This document shows positions 45,545-56,651 of a stretch of DNA of 64,000 bases, piece after piece. Origin of the DNA: a candidate division FCPU426 bacterium (GTDB lineage Bacteria > Oederibacteriota > JAAXVQ01 > JAUVAV01); NCBI GenBank assembly GCA_040756875.1, contig JBFLYH010000002.1, positions 62,426-126,425 on the forward strand. Direction: 5' to 3'. Numbering within the stretch: the first letter of the stretch is position 1; each line of letters opens with the position of its first letter. A program made the translations under genes and the position numbers. The notes beneath the pieces are model-generated. The model saw nothing but the letters and a program-made list of their open reading frames with translations. It did not search any database and was not told the origin of the DNA.

Positions 45545-46033
45545 TTACCGTTTTTTCTTCAGCGCCCGGGCGATCGCCACGGTGCCGGTGCGTATCAGCT
45601 CGCGGATGCCGAACGGCCGGAGCAGGTCGATGAAGGCGTTCACCTTGTCGTCCGTTCCGGTGATTTCCAACGTGTAGGTTTTGTCCGACACGTCCACGAT
45701 CTTGGCCCGGAAAATCTCCGCGAGCTGCAGGATTTCCGAACGCTGCTGGAGCTCGGCCTGGACTTTGACCAGGGCCAGCTCCCTTTCCAGGTGCACTTCC
45801 CCGGTCAGGTCGTACACTTTGATCACGTCGACCAGCTTGTTCAACTGCTTGGTGATCTGCTCCAAAATGGCGTCGTCGCCCGTGACCACGATGGTCATGC
45901 GCGAGGTCGTAGGGTCCTCGGTTTCGCCGACCGTCAGGCTGCTGATGTTGAATCCGCGGCCGGAAAACAAGCCGGCCACGCGGGCCAGCACACCGGGCTT
46001 GTTTTCTACCAAGACGGACAGAGTGTGGCGCAT
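45545..46033 (-). CDS. ilvN: Acetolactate synthase small subunit
   Basis: MRHTLSVLVENKPGVLARV..FSGRGFNI. Confidence 0.95.
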   Translation of the reverse strand: MRHTLSVLVENKPGVLARVAGLFSGRGFNISSLTVGETEDPTTSRMTIVVTGDDAILEQITKQLNKLVDVIKVYDLTGEVHLERELALVKVQAELQQRSEILQLAEIFRAKIVDVSDKTYTLEITGTDDKVNAFIDLLRPFGIRELIRTGTVAIARALKKKR

Positions 46034-46101
46034 GGGTTTCTCCTTTTTTGCCTGGTCGGACCTGTCAGACACGTCTGACTTGTCGGACCAGTCAAAATCC
46101 T

Positions 46102-47781
46102 TTAAGCCAGTTCACCGAGCATCTCATGAATCGGCGCGCCCGCAGGCACCATGGGCCAGACATTCTCCTCGCGCTCCACATGGCAGTCCACCAGGACCGG
46201 GCCGGGAGTGTCGAACGCCTGCTTCAAGACCGCCTCGACGTCTTCGGGTTTGTTTACGCGCAGGCCGGTGGCGCCGAACGCCTCGGCCAGCTTGACGAAA
46301 TCCACGGAATCCGCGATGTTGGTCGAGGAATAGCGCTTGCCGTGGAACAGTTCCTGCCACTGCCGCACCATGCCGAGAAAGCCGTTGTTCAGCAGGATGA
46401 TCTTCACGGGCAGTTTGTTGACCACGGCCGTGGACAGCTCCTGCATGTTCATCTGAAAGCTGCCGTCGCCCGAGACCACGGCCACCGGCTGTCCGGGCAG
46501 GCCCACTTGGGCGCCCAAGGCGGCCGGAAAGCCGTATCCCATGGTGCCCAGCCCGCCCGAGGAAGCCCATTGGCGCGGACGGTCGAATTTGTAGAATTGC
46601 GCGGTCCACATCTGGTGCTGGCCCACGTCCGTGGCCACGAAGAGCTTGGATCCGCCCACTGCGTACAGCGCTTCGATCACGCGCTGGGGCTTCAGGGCTT
46701 TGGCGTTACGGTCATACCCGAGCGGGTATTTTTCCCGCCATTCCTTGATCAGCGGCCACCACTCGTCGCAGGTCCGGGCCTGGGTTTCGGCCAGCAACCC
46801 CTGCAGGCAGCGTTTAGCGTCGCCCACGATCGGCACGTCCACGCTGACCACCTTGGAAATGCTCGCCGGATCCACGTCCACGTGGATGATCTGTGCGTCC
46901 GGCGCGAAGTGCTCCACCCGGCCGGTCACCCGGTCGTCGAAGCGCGCGCCCACGGCGATGATAAGGTCGCTCTTTTGGATGGCATAATTGGCCGAGCGCG
47001 TGCCGTGCATGCCCAGCATGCCCAAAAATTGCGGGTGCGTGCCCGGAAATCCGCCCAGGCCCATCATGGTCAGGGTCACGGGCGCATTGATTTTCTCGGC
47101 CAGCTGCTTCAGCTCGGACGCGGCGTCGGCCAGAATGACGCCGCCGCCCGCGTAGATCAGCGGGCGCTTGGCTTCCGCGATCATAGCCGCGGCTTTCTTG
47201 ATCTGGTTCGGGTGCGGGTCCAGGGTGGGCCGGTAGCTGCGCAACTCCACCTTGTCCGTAAAATTCGGCACACATTTGGCCGTGGTCACGTCCTTGGGAA
47301 TGTCCACCAGGACCGGGCCCGGCCGGCCGGTGGAGGCGATGTAAAACGCCTGGGCGATGACTTCGGCGATGTCCTTCACGTCTTTGATCAGGAAGTTGTG
47401 CTTGGTGATGGGCCGGGTGATGCCCGTAATGTCCACTTCCTGGAAGGCGTCGTTCCCGATCAGGCTGGTTGCCACCTGTCCGGTCAGGGCCACCATGGGG
47501 ATCGAATCCATGTAGGCCGTGGCGATGCCGGTCACCAGGTTGGTCGCGCCCGGCCCCGAGGTGGCCAGGCACACGCCCACCTTGCCCGTGGCCCGGGCGA
47601 AGCCGTCGGCCATATGGGCCGCGCCCTGCTCGTGCCGGGGCAGGATCACCCGCAGTTTGGACTGGTACAGCGCATCAAAGATCGGCAGCAACACCCCGCC
47701 CGGATAGCCGAAGAGGGCCTCCACCTTCTGCCGCAGCAGGCTTTCCACGAAAATTTGCGCGCCGGTCATTTCCTGGGACAT
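46102..47781 (-). CDS. ilvB: Acetolactate synthase large subunit
   Basis: FGYPGG, RHEQGA, TSGPGATN, GDGSFQMN, GMVRQWQ. Confidence 0.96.
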   Translation of the reverse strand: MSQEMTGAQIFVESLLRQKVEALFGYPGGVLLPIFDALYQSKLRVILPRHEQGAAHMADGFARATGKVGVCLATSGPGATNLVTGIATAYMDSIPMVALTGQVATSLIGNDAFQEVDITGITRPITKHNFLIKDVKDIAEVIAQAFYIASTGRPGPVLVDIPKDVTTAKCVPNFTDKVELRSYRPTLDPHPNQIKKAAAMIAEAKRPLIYAGGGVILADAASELKQLAEKINAPVTLTMMGLGGFPGTHPQFLGMLGMHGTRSANYAIQKSDLIIAVGARFDDRVTGRVEHFAPDAQIIHVDVDPASISKVVSVDVPIVGDAKRCLQGLLAETQARTCDEWWPLIKEWREKYPLGYDRNAKALKPQRVIEALYAVGGSKLFVATDVGQHQMWTAQFYKFDRPRQWASSGGLGTMGYGFPAALGAQVGLPGQPVAVVSGDGSFQMNMQELSTAVVNKLPVKIILLNNGFLGMVRQWQELFHGKRYSSTNIADSVDFVKLAEAFGATGLRVNKPEDVEAVLKQAFDTPGPVLVDCHVEREENVWPMVPAGAPIHEMLGELA

Positions 47782-47843
47782 TTCCCCACCGCCTTGTTTC
47801 TCGGTTCTCCGCTTTACTTCGTTCGTGCGGCCAGCGGCAGCCG

Positions 47844-49505
47844 CTATTTCAACACCGCCCCCGTGCTGCCCGAGGTCACGTGCTGGACATACCGCCCCAG
47901 CACGCCCTTGACGGGCTTGGTCGGCTTGACCTTGAGCGAAGCCATGCGCTGGGCCAGTTCGCTGTCTGAAACCAGCAGGTTCAATTTGAGGTTCGGAATG
48001 TCGATCTCAATCTGGTCGCCTTCCTTCACCGCGGCAATCGGCCCGCCGGCCGCGGCCTCGGGCGAGACGTGGCCGATGGCCGCTCCCTGGGTGCCGCCGG
48101 AAAAGCGGCCGTCCGTGATCAAGGCCACGTCCTTGTCCAGGCCCATACCCACGATGGAACTGGTCGGAGACAGCATTTCCCTCATGCCCGGCCCGCCTTT
48201 CGGGCCTTCGTAGCGGATCACCACCACGTCGCCTTTCTTGATCTTGTTGTTCATGATCGCCGCAAAGGCGTCGTCCTCGCTGTCAAACACCCGCGCCCGG
48301 CCGGTGTGGCGCATCATCTCCGGCGCCACGGCCGACTGCTTGACCACCGCGCCCTCCGGCGCAAGGTTGCCGCGCAAAACAGCCAGACCGCCCTGGGGGT
48401 GGTAGGGATTGGACAGGGGCCGGATCACGGTCTCGTCCCACACTTTGGCCTGGCGCAGGTTGCCGGCCACGGTCTGCCCGCTCACGGTGGGCAGCTTGGT
48501 GGATATCAGCCCCTTCTCGGCCAGGACCTTCATCACCGCCTGCACGCCGCCGGCCCGATGCACGTCCACCATGAAGTGGTCGCCCGAGGGGCTGACGCTG
48601 CACAAATGCGGCGTCTTGGCTGACATGCGGTTGAATTCCTCCAAATCCAGCTTGATGCCGAGCTCATGGGCGATCGCCGGCAAATGCAGGACCGTGTTGG
48701 TCGAACCGCCCATGGCCACGTCCACGGCAATGGCGTTGCGGAAAGCTTCCAGCGTCAGGAGCTTGGAAGGCAGCAGCTGCTTGCGCACCACCTCCATAAT
48801 GGCAATGCCGGCCTGCTTGGCCAGGCGCGTGCGCTCGGAGGAGACCGCCGGCGCGGACCCGTTGCCCGGCAGGGCCAGGCCCAGGGCTTCGGACAGGCAG
48901 TTCATGGTGTTCGCGGTGAACAAGCCGGCGCAGGACCCGCAGGTCGGGCAGGCCGCATCCTCCATGGCGCACAGCTCGTCTTCTGAAATTTTGCCGGCAT
49001 TGGCCTGGGCCATGCTCTCGAACGGGCCCTTGATCAAATCCAGTTTTTTACCGCGGAAATCGCCGGGCAGCATGGGCCCTCCGGACACCAGGACCGTGGG
49101 AATGTCCAGCCTGGCCGCGGCCATGATCATGCCCGGGATGATCTTGTCGCAATTGGGCATCAGCACCAGCCCGTCGAACGGCAGCCCCATGGCCACGGCT
49201 TCGACCGAGTCGGCGATGATTTCGCGTGTCACCAGCGAGTATTTCATGCCCTCGTGGTTCATGGCAATGCCGTCGCAAATGCCGATGGTGTTGAATTCCA
49301 TGGGCGTGCCGCCGGCCATGTACACTCCGGCTTTCACGGCTTCGGCCAGCTTCTGCAAGTGCACATGGCCGGGGATGATTTCATTGAAAGAATTGACGAT
49401 GCCTATCAGCGGCCGTTCCAATTCCGCACTGGAAAACCCGATGGCTTTAAACAAGGACCGGTGGGGTGATTTGGCTACGCCTTTTTTAACCACATCGCTG
49501 CGCAT
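47844..49505 (-). CDS. ilvD: Dihydroxy-acid dehydratase
   Basis: [41 protein letters not shown]. Confidence 0.97.
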   Translation of the reverse strand: MRSDVVKKGVAKSPHRSLFKAIGFSSAELERPLIGIVNSFNEIIPGHVHLQKLAEAVKAGVYMAGGTPMEFNTIGICDGIAMNHEGMKYSLVTREIIADSVEAVAMGLPFDGLVLMPNCDKIIPGMIMAAARLDIPTVLVSGGPMLPGDFRGKKLDLIKGPFESMAQANAGKISEDELCAMEDAACPTCGSCAGLFTANTMNCLSEALGLALPGNGSAPAVSSERTRLAKQAGIAIMEVVRKQLLPSKLLTLEAFRNAIAVDVAMGGSTNTVLHLPAIAHELGIKLDLEEFNRMSAKTPHLCSVSPSGDHFMVDVHRAGGVQAVMKVLAEKGLISTKLPTVSGQTVAGNLRQAKVWDETVIRPLSNPYHPQGGLAVLRGNLAPEGAVVKQSAVAPEMMRHTGRARVFDSEDDAFAAIMNNKIKKGDVVVIRYEGPKGGPGMREMLSPTSSIVGMGLDKDVALITDGRFSGGTQGAAIGHVSPEAAAGGPIAAVKEGDQIEIDIPNLKLNLLVSDSELAQRMASLKVKPTKPVKGVLGRYVQHVTSGSTGAVLK

Positions 49506-49559
49506 AGAGGCCTCCGCTCGCTGGTTGGATTTGCTGTCGGATGGGCGGAAAGTCTAAAT

Positions 49560-49587
49560 ATAATATGGGGATTTTTCTCAAAGTCAA
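49560..49587 (-). promoter_or_regulatory. Candidate sigma70 promoter of the ilv-leu operon
   Basis: TTGACT, 16 nt, TATTAT upstream of ilvD. Confidence 0.45.
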
Positions 49588-49706
49588 TAAATAATTGAGC
49601 CCTCTGCGGGTCTGGGAGAAAGAAAAACGAAGGTAAAACCGGCGATTATCCGGGAAAAACAGCCGGGTCATTCAATAAAAACTTTAAATTTAAAGGCTTT
49701 TCCGGT

Positions 49707-50168
49707 TCAGGCGCCCCGCATAAGGGCAAAGGTGACAAGATTTTCGTTGGTTTTACGCAATCGGGCCGATAAGGTGGCCACCAAGTTCATGGTTACTTTC
49801 AAGATCAGGGCCGGTTCTTTCTCCGCCAATTCTAAAAAATCACCCCGGGTGATGGTTAAAGTCGAGGTATTTTCCTTGGCAATAATGCTGGCGGAATAAG
49901 GCAGCCCGTCGAACAAGGACATTTCGCCGAAAACCTGCCCCTCAGTCAGGACCGCCAGGGGTTTTTCGTCCGTATCCCCGACTTTTTTCCTGACCTCCAC
50001 GCTGCCTTCGAGGATGACGTGCATCATGCCGCCCGGCGACTTCTCCCGCACGATGATGCCCTCGGCCTTGTATTCCATTTGCTTGGCGCGCCGGACGAAC
50101 GTTGCCAGGTCTTTATCCGTCAAACCCTGAAAGATTTCAACCTTGCGAATGGTTTCCAGTTCTTTCAT
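49707..50168 (-). CDS. Standalone cyclic-nucleotide-binding domain protein
   Basis: ILEGSVEV, FGEMSLFDGLPYSAS. Confidence 0.9.
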   Translation of the reverse strand: MKELETIRKVEIFQGLTDKDLATFVRRAKQMEYKAEGIIVREKSPGGMMHVILEGSVEVRKKVGDTDEKPLAVLTEGQVFGEMSLFDGLPYSASIIAKENTSTLTITRGDFLELAEKEPALILKVTMNLVATLSARLRKTNENLVTFALMRGA

Positions 50169-50188
50169 GCGCCTTCACCACCCGGTGG

Positions 50189-51001
50189 TTATAATGGCAT
50201 GCCCAATAAATTATACGCGTTTCGGCCCGCAATGTCTTTTATTTCTTGCGTCGTCAGCCCGCTTTCCCGCAGATGGCGGAGGTGCCTGCCTAAATCACCC
50301 CAGGGACCGTCGGTGGCGAACAGGATGCGCCCCGCACCGTGCGCGCGAATGATTTCCAGCAACCGGGCCGGCAAAGGCTCTTCCAGGCAAAAAGCCGTAT
50401 CCAGCCAGACCGGCAGCCCCACCAGCTGCCGTTCCACTTCGGGCCACAGGCGAAACCCGCCCAAATGGGCGGCCACCAGGCGCAACCGGGGAAAACCCAG
50501 ATGCACCTGCCGCAACCGGCTGGGCGCGGCTTTGGCCGGCGGGGGAAAACCGATGTCCTCGCCGGCATGCTGCAAACAGATCATGTCCGCCCGCTCCAGG
50601 ATGGCGTAGAGGTCAACAAGCCGGTCGTCATCCGGATAAAATTCCTGATACTCCGCGTGCAGCTTCACGCCTTTGATGCCGTGGGCGGCCAGTTCCTTGA
50701 CCTGCTGTTCGATCTCCTCTTTGGTCATCAGGGGATGCAGGGCTCCAAACGCCTTGATGCCCTGCTGCCCGGCCAGACCGGCGACCCAGCGGTTGATGAC
50801 CGGAACCTGGGCGGGTTTGGTGGCAATGGGTTGGATGACCGCCCACTCCACGCCCTGCTGGCGACAGACCGCTTGCAGACCCGAGAGGGTGGGATGAAAA
50901 CGCGGGGCCAGGCCGTAGCGGGCCTGCAACGCCGGAACCGCCTGGTCGGCGATTTCATCCGGAAAAACATGGACATGGAAATCAACCACAGGATCAGTCA
51001 T
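50189..51001 (-). CDS. Amidohydrolase_2 family metal-dependent hydrolase
   Basis: DFHVH, GVKLH, HAG, AHLGG, FATDGPW. Confidence 0.9.
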   Translation of the reverse strand: MTDPVVDFHVHVFPDEIADQAVPALQARYGLAPRFHPTLSGLQAVCRQQGVEWAVIQPIATKPAQVPVINRWVAGLAGQQGIKAFGALHPLMTKEEIEQQVKELAAHGIKGVKLHAEYQEFYPDDDRLVDLYAILERADMICLQHAGEDIGFPPPAKAAPSRLRQVHLGFPRLRLVAAHLGGFRLWPEVERQLVGLPVWLDTAFCLEEPLPARLLEIIRAHGAGRILFATDGPWGDLGRHLRHLRESGLTTQEIKDIAGRNAYNLLGMPL

Positions 51002-51033
51002 GGGGAAAGTTTAACGCGTCCGCCAAGCGGATG

Positions 51034-51075
51034 AAAATAAAAAAATGCCCCTCGGCGCTGAAAACGCCGAGGGGC
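51034..51075 (-). terminator. Rho-independent terminator downstream of tRNA-Ala
   Basis: GCCCCTCGGCG stem, loop, CGCCGAGGGGC, then ATTTTTTTATTTT on the minus strand. Confidence 0.8.
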
Positions 51076-51193
51076 GAAAAAGCAGCGAGCAAAACCAAGA
51101 GAAAATCGAGCAATCGAAAATAGACCGCGATGGTTTTTATTCTCTATTCCCAATTGTTCCATTGCTCTGTAAATTTTGCTTCGCAAAATTTAC

Positions 51194-51270
<77 letters not shown>

Positions 51271-51357
51271 ATCGTATTTTGAGACCTCATTAAATATCCC
51301 AGGCTGGGGCTGCTGTCAAGCATATATTTACTGACAAATTCCCCGCCGGTGTTCAGC

Positions 51358-51876
51358 TTAAGGGAAGATGATCTCCACGATTTGGTCGGACAGTTTGGTG
51401 ACTTTGAGATTCTCTTTGTAGAACCTCGCCACGCCCTTCAGCAAACCCACGGCAAAGTCGATCAGATTGCGGGAGGAGGTGTAATGAAAAAACAGAGTTT
51501 TCGGGTCCTTCCATTCATACTTGAACCTTGGCGGATGGGCATGTTCCATGTTTTTCGTGGCCACATCGTGCACGGCATCCATGGCCAGGATGAACTCCTT
51601 GGCGGTTTTACGGTTTTTAAAGAACTCGGGATACATCTTTTGAGCATACACATTCACCCAGTAGTCCCCAAAAGCATCCGCCGCCTGTTGCAGTGTAATG
51701 CCGAGCACCTCGCAGGTCGCGCCCACGGCCTGCATGACCATGGCATCCGGGATATCGGCGATCGGCATGATGAGCTTCGGCATGCCTTCCACCTTGTTCA
51801 GGACAGCATCCCATTTATCTTTCCCGAATTTTTCAACCACCAATTCCTGCAAACACTTTACAATGGTTCCTTTCAT
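51358..51876 (-). CDS. H-NOX (heme NO/O2-binding) protein
   Basis: MKGTI start, proximal His in MDAVH, PPRF, YxSxR (YTSSR), GLLKG. Confidence 0.92.
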   Translation of the reverse strand: MKGTIVKCLQELVVEKFGKDKWDAVLNKVEGMPKLIMPIADIPDAMVMQAVGATCEVLGITLQQAADAFGDYWVNVYAQKMYPEFFKNRKTAKEFILAMDAVHDVATKNMEHAHPPRFKYEWKDPKTLFFHYTSSRNLIDFAVGLLKGVARFYKENLKVTKLSDQIVEIIFP

Positions 51877-52026
51877 TTTATCCTCCGTTCGCCTTGGTCA
51901 CGGAAAGCCGTTGACGTCGGAACTGCACCTAACGATCCCCGCCATTCCATGAGTTTCTGCCGGTAGTACCCCCACACCGGCGAACTTCCGTTCCCCTTGC
52001 TCCCAACGAAATCCCATCCCCCCGGA

Positions 52027-52926
52027 TTACTTCAGTTCCTGCGCACCGGGAAGTCCGTTCAGACTTTTCAGTCCGAGAAGGTTCTGAGTCTCGGGATTGA
52101 AATAGATAATGACTTTTCTTGGGCCCTGAATTTGGGTAACTACCGTGTTGGTTAATATTTTTTTTGCCAATTCCGCGGTCTGGGCGCCGAGATCGTCGAA
52201 ATCCGCAGAAAATGCGGCCAATGCGCCGGCTTTGACGTGATAGGGAGAAAGGCCGATGAACGGTAGTTTGTTTTGGCGGGAGTAACTGATGATCTTCGTA
52301 ATGACCGCAGGTTGGGTGGTAATCCGGTCTGCCACGGACCAAATCACTTCCACACCGCTGTGCTTCAATTTATCCAGCGCTTCCTGGATTTCCCCCACCC
52401 CTTCCACGGCGATAGGCAACAAAACCAAACTGCGGGTTTGGGCCGCAGCCCGGGCTTGTTGGATGGCGTCCGAGGAGCTGGCTGAATTGTAAATGACGCC
52501 GATTTTGGATACACCGGGAAATATTTTCATAATCCCGCCGAATTGCTCGTCCGCAGGAATTTGCATCAACACGCCGTAGGATTTTCTCTCGGGGAGGGGT
52601 TGAGCTTCCAGAACCATGGTATAGAGCAAAGGGATGTCCCGAGCAAGGCCGGACTTGGCCGCTTCCACCGCTTCGCTGCCGATCGCCACGGCCAGGGAAG
52701 TGTCCGCGGCAGACAACGAGCCGAAGATGTCTCTGCCTTTCTGGAGATCCCCCTCGATGTTGAATTTTTCCAAGGTTTCGATGGTCTTGCCTTCATATCC
52801 TTTCAACGCCTGGACATAAGGCGCCAGTGAACGGCTGACCACGATTGCCACCTTCCCGGCGTCTGCCGGGATCGCAAGCAGCCAAAGTCCCACCGCTGCG
52901 CCAATGGCCATCACACTTCTTGTCAT
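52027..52926 (-). CDS. Periplasmic ABC_sub_bind-type substrate-binding protein
   Basis: Signal peptide, KIGVIYN, VKAGALAA, LGAQTA. Confidence 0.8.
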   Translation of the reverse strand: MTRSVMAIGAAVGLWLLAIPADAGKVAIVVSRSLAPYVQALKGYEGKTIETLEKFNIEGDLQKGRDIFGSLSAADTSLAVAIGSEAVEAAKSGLARDIPLLYTMVLEAQPLPERKSYGVLMQIPADEQFGGIMKIFPGVSKIGVIYNSASSSDAIQQARAAAQTRSLVLLPIAVEGVGEIQEALDKLKHSGVEVIWSVADRITTQPAVITKIISYSRQNKLPFIGLSPYHVKAGALAAFSADFDDLGAQTAELAKKILTNTVVTQIQGPRKVIIYFNPETQNLLGLKSLNGLPGAQELK

Positions 52927-53019
52927 ATCCTTTACCCCCTCAACCATTTCCCCTTCTGGCTGAAAACCCGCCGGCTTCCCAGGCATCCGGGAAACCCTAC
53001 TATAGTATCGTAATTTTTT

Positions 53020-54246
53020 TCAAAATTCAAAGACTGCTTCAGCTGCAAATCCATTATTATCGAGTTTGGGTCCCTTGGGTTCCTGGATAACCTGATAGGC
53101 CATTTTGATCTGCCAGCCTTTGCATGGCAAATACCGCAAACCCGCGGAAATCGACTCGCGAAATTCCTTGCCGGTCGGGTCTTCTTTCCAGGAATCCATT
53201 TGTTCGTAACGAACGACGGGCTGCAACGCTTCCAGATAGGGCAGGTTTTTGAAAATTTCATATCCGGCGGCAATATACCCGGAAAATTGAGTGACCTTCC
53301 CGTCTGCCGGTGTGTCCAATTTCAACTGGCCATATTCAGCCACCACGGTAATACGGTCATAATTGAAAAGAAAGTGCGAAAAAGTATATTGGGCGAAGTA
53401 CCGGTCATCAGGGTCCCACTTGGCGTTGAGGTATGAACCGCCGAATTCCAAGCCTTTCCAGGGCGCCACGGAACAACGAACCGCCACGGGTTTGTCGTTA
53501 TTATTGTCGGAAGCCTGCCGTGCGGTATCGTGAAAATATTCATACATATAGCCCTGAGCGTTCTTCTTGACAACCGCAGCCGTCGACCCCGGGCCGTTGG
53601 CCACCGAAACATCCAGGTTCACCTTGCCATCCTCGGAAAGAAAGGGGAACGGCACTTCGCCGTGGAGAAAAGCGCCCGAATCCCACCAACCCGTGTAGCG
53701 GATGACATTCAGGTGCAAAAACGGCGGGATAGTGAACAGCTTGTATTTGGATGTCGGGTAATAGAGCTTGTCCTGGAGTCCGATAATTCCGAAATCCCGC
53801 CCCAACGACAGCGCCAGCCATGGTTTAGGCTGCCAGACGCCGCGCAGCCGGCAAACTTTGATGCTCTCGCCTTTGTACAATTCAAACTCCGCCTCCACCT
53901 TCAAATCTTCGCGGACCCTGGAAGCAAGATCAATGTAGCCGCTGTACGGGATAATCGTGCTGTGCCCTGAAGCACTGCTGCCCTCGTTGGCATATTTACC
54001 CAGCGCCTGGTACTCGTAGTTCCAGAATTGCGTGGACAGGTAAACGTGAATGTCGACTGGGCTGCTGGTAAAACCGTATGGCAGGGAAAACAACATGAGT
54101 TCCGTGGTCTTCATGTCATTCGCTTCCTGATTGATGGGTGTCTGTCCTTCGGACGTTTCCATCGTTTGACCGTAAACCGCAACACCCAAGCCCCATCCCA
54201 TCCATACCGCTAATCCCAACCCTACGACCCACCTGGCATTTCGCAT
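53020..54246 (-). CDS. Putative outer-membrane beta-barrel (porin-like) protein
   Basis: Signal peptide, amphipathic strands, DNNNDK motif, C-terminal AVFEF. Confidence 0.7.
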   Translation of the reverse strand: MRNARWVVGLGLAVWMGWGLGVAVYGQTMETSEGQTPINQEANDMKTTELMLFSLPYGFTSSPVDIHVYLSTQFWNYEYQALGKYANEGSSASGHSTIIPYSGYIDLASRVREDLKVEAEFELYKGESIKVCRLRGVWQPKPWLALSLGRDFGIIGLQDKLYYPTSKYKLFTIPPFLHLNVIRYTGWWDSGAFLHGEVPFPFLSEDGKVNLDVSVANGPGSTAAVVKKNAQGYMYEYFHDTARQASDNNNDKPVAVRCSVAPWKGLEFGGSYLNAKWDPDDRYFAQYTFSHFLFNYDRITVVAEYGQLKLDTPADGKVTQFSGYIAAGYEIFKNLPYLEALQPVVRYEQMDSWKEDPTGKEFRESISAGLRYLPCKGWQIKMAYQVIQEPKGPKLDNNGFAAEAVFEF

Positions 54247-54321
54247 GTTCCGCTCCTTCGGAGATGTATTAAATACACTTCCATTGCTTTACTGCATATG
54301 GTTCGAAAACAAACCCCGCGT

Positions 54322-56562
54322 TTACCATTCGTAGGTTGCCTGGACCAGCGCCCAGCGCCCCGGCTGCTCATAGGGCAAATTGACGCTCCCGCCTTGGCGA
54401 TACCGGGCATCAAAAGCGTTGTATACATGACAACGGATGCTCACAGAATCAAACAGCACCTTTTCCAAATTGACGCCCAGGTTGGTGATGATGGCTTTGG
54501 GCTCGTAGTAGCCGAGGTCCCTGCCGGCATAGCTGGGAGATTTGCCCCAGGGGGCAAACTGTTCACCCACATAACGGACGTTCACGTGCAGCCAGATTTT
54601 TTTACCCCACGCCTGCTCGACGAAGTGCCGCAGTGGCGCAAAATCGGCGATAATGTTGGCCATGTTCTTGGGTACGTTTTCTACCGCACACCCGTCCGCC
54701 AAAACGCCCACGGTCTCGAAGGCATTCTGGTAGGTGTAATTCAGGCGTATGTCAAGATTTCCCTTCAGGCCCCAGGCCAATTCATATTCGGCTCCAACCG
54801 TCTTGATTTTTCCGGCGTTGCGGTAAACAGCGTCCGCACCCCTGAAAATCACGTCCTTGAAATCATTATAGAAAACGTTGGCGGTTTGCTCGATTCCCCA
54901 GGGCAATTTATAGGAAACACTGCCTTGGTAGCATTCCAGAAACTCCGGCTTCAAGCTCGGCCCGCCGGCATAACCTCCCGCGCCGCTGTTGTTGTGGCGA
55001 TACCAGTAAGGTGAATCTACAAACGACTTGCCGTAACTGAGGCGGGCGCTTATTTCCCTCAGGGGGAAATAAATCAGCGCCACGCGCGGGCTGAGGGCGT
55101 CGATCGTCTTTCCCGTAATGCGCTTCTTGTTGTCATAGCGAATGCCGCCGTTCAGGATCAACTGATCGAAAAACCGGTGTTTGATCTGGCCGTAAACGCC
55201 GTAACTGGTCTCGATTCCCGGAGTCAGGATTTCCGGATTGCGCAGCCACCAATCCGCATGCGTGGAATCCGGCGAATGCAAATCCCAGGATTCGAACATG
55301 TCCATTTCTTCCGCCTGGACACCCAGCTGGACCCTGCCGTTCCCGTAGCACTCATAATCCAGGCTGCCCATGGCCTGTGCGCCGTAGCTTCTTTCCATCC
55401 ATTTCATGAAGTAGCTTTGCGGTTCGGAGGCCAAAGCCGGAGATTGGCCAGCCCGGCGCTGTGGTTCGTTGTCGCGGAACACAAAGTAATCATAGTAGGG
55501 GCGGAAGGTCAGTTCGATCTGCCCGAAAGTCGGTTGGTATTTGATTTCTACATGTTCAAATTCGCTGGACGACCCCACGCCCATGCCCTCGAATTGGCGA
55601 AAGTCTTCGTGGTCGATCAATTGACCGTATCCGCCGCCGCCCGCGCGCGGCATGGTATAAACGTCGTAGCGGTGCGCATAGGATACTCCCAAGTCCTGCA
55701 ATTCGTAGTCAAAGCCCACGTCATAAGCCGGTTTGTCGCCGAACCGGTCCAAAACCACTTCGCCGGCTGCGGGGCTGGATGCGTAATCCTCCGAAGCGCT
55801 GACCGCCCTTTTCTCGCCGTCAGCCTGGTATACCGATCCGAATATCATGATGTCTTGGTTTTTATCGCCGCTCCCGGCCAGAATATCCATTTTCTTCATG
55901 CCATGATCGCCCACGCCCGCCGTGATTTCGCCGCCTTGCAGATCTTTGCCATCCAGAGTGACAATATTGATCACCGCGGTCAAAGCCACGTCGCCGTACA
56001 ACGTGGAGCCGGGACCACGCATGACTTCGATCCGTTTTATGTTCGCCAGGCTGATGGCAGGCCCGAAGTTGGCCTCGGAATAGCAACGGGAATTCAAACG
56101 GTGGCCGTCCCGCAGGACGAGTATTTTCTGCTGTGAGGAACCGTAAATGCCGCGTTCGGCCGAATAGTATTCATTATGGTCCTGAATTCGGCTGAAACCA
56201 GGAAGCGTAAGCAGCACGTCGTTTATTGTCCGCGCACCCATGCGGCGGATCTGGTCGGCCGTGACCACGTTGGTGATCACCGGCGCTTCAGACAGCCGCT
56301 CGGCTTCCTGAGAAGCCACGTTAATCATAATATCCTCGAAAAACGCCAATTCGGTGACGGCAACGTCCGCATTGGCCGGCATAGAGGGCGTCGGCGAAGC
56401 CTCTGGCGAGGCGACCTCTGCCGGCGTGACTGTCGGAGCGTCGGCTACCGGCGTGTCACCGGAAGCAGGTACCTCGTTTTCAGCCCATAAAGCAGGGACA
56501 ATTAACAGAGTAAAAGCGATGATGCCTGCCATGCCTGTGACCCGATTCAATGAACGTATCAT
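54322..56562 (-). CDS. TonB-dependent receptor
   Basis: Plug EAPVITNVVTADQI, IKRIEVMRGPGSTLYG..AVINIVT, LKPE, C-terminal PGRW..ATYEW; RBS AGGAG. Confidence 0.93.
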   Translation of the reverse strand: MIRSLNRVTGMAGIIAFTLLIVPALWAENEVPASGDTPVADAPTVTPAEVASPEASPTPSMPANADVAVTELAFFEDIMINVASQEAERLSEAPVITNVVTADQIRRMGARTINDVLLTLPGFSRIQDHNEYYSAERGIYGSSQQKILVLRDGHRLNSRCYSEANFGPAISLANIKRIEVMRGPGSTLYGDVALTAVINIVTLDGKDLQGGEITAGVGDHGMKKMDILAGSGDKNQDIMIFGSVYQADGEKRAVSASEDYASSPAAGEVVLDRFGDKPAYDVGFDYELQDLGVSYAHRYDVYTMPRAGGGGYGQLIDHEDFRQFEGMGVGSSSEFEHVEIKYQPTFGQIELTFRPYYDYFVFRDNEPQRRAGQSPALASEPQSYFMKWMERSYGAQAMGSLDYECYGNGRVQLGVQAEEMDMFESWDLHSPDSTHADWWLRNPEILTPGIETSYGVYGQIKHRFFDQLILNGGIRYDNKKRITGKTIDALSPRVALIYFPLREISARLSYGKSFVDSPYWYRHNNSGAGGYAGGPSLKPEFLECYQGSVSYKLPWGIEQTANVFYNDFKDVIFRGADAVYRNAGKIKTVGAEYELAWGLKGNLDIRLNYTYQNAFETVGVLADGCAVENVPKNMANIIADFAPLRHFVEQAWGKKIWLHVNVRYVGEQFAPWGKSPSYAGRDLGYYEPKAIITNLGVNLEKVLFDSVSIRCHVYNAFDARYRQGGSVNLPYEQPGRWALVQATYEW

Positions 56563-56622
56563 TCCCTGTCTCCTCATTTTAAAATGGGTGCTGTCCTTTG
56601 CCAGCAAGACAGTACCATAAGC

Positions 56623-56651
56623 ATTGTCGGGTTACTGGTATTCGAAGTCAA
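56623..56651 (-). promoter_or_regulatory. Candidate sigma70 promoter for the TonB receptor gene
   Basis: TTGACT, 17 nt, GACAAT. Confidence 0.5.

Noticed and set aside
37508-49557. + strand ORFs opposite the asd/leu/ilv genes
   Set aside because: Antisense shadows of well-conserved housekeeping genes.
49486-49671. Leader peptide attenuator upstream of ilvD
   Set aside because: The ORF spans the putative promoter, and no Ile/Leu/Val codon run with a terminator was seen.
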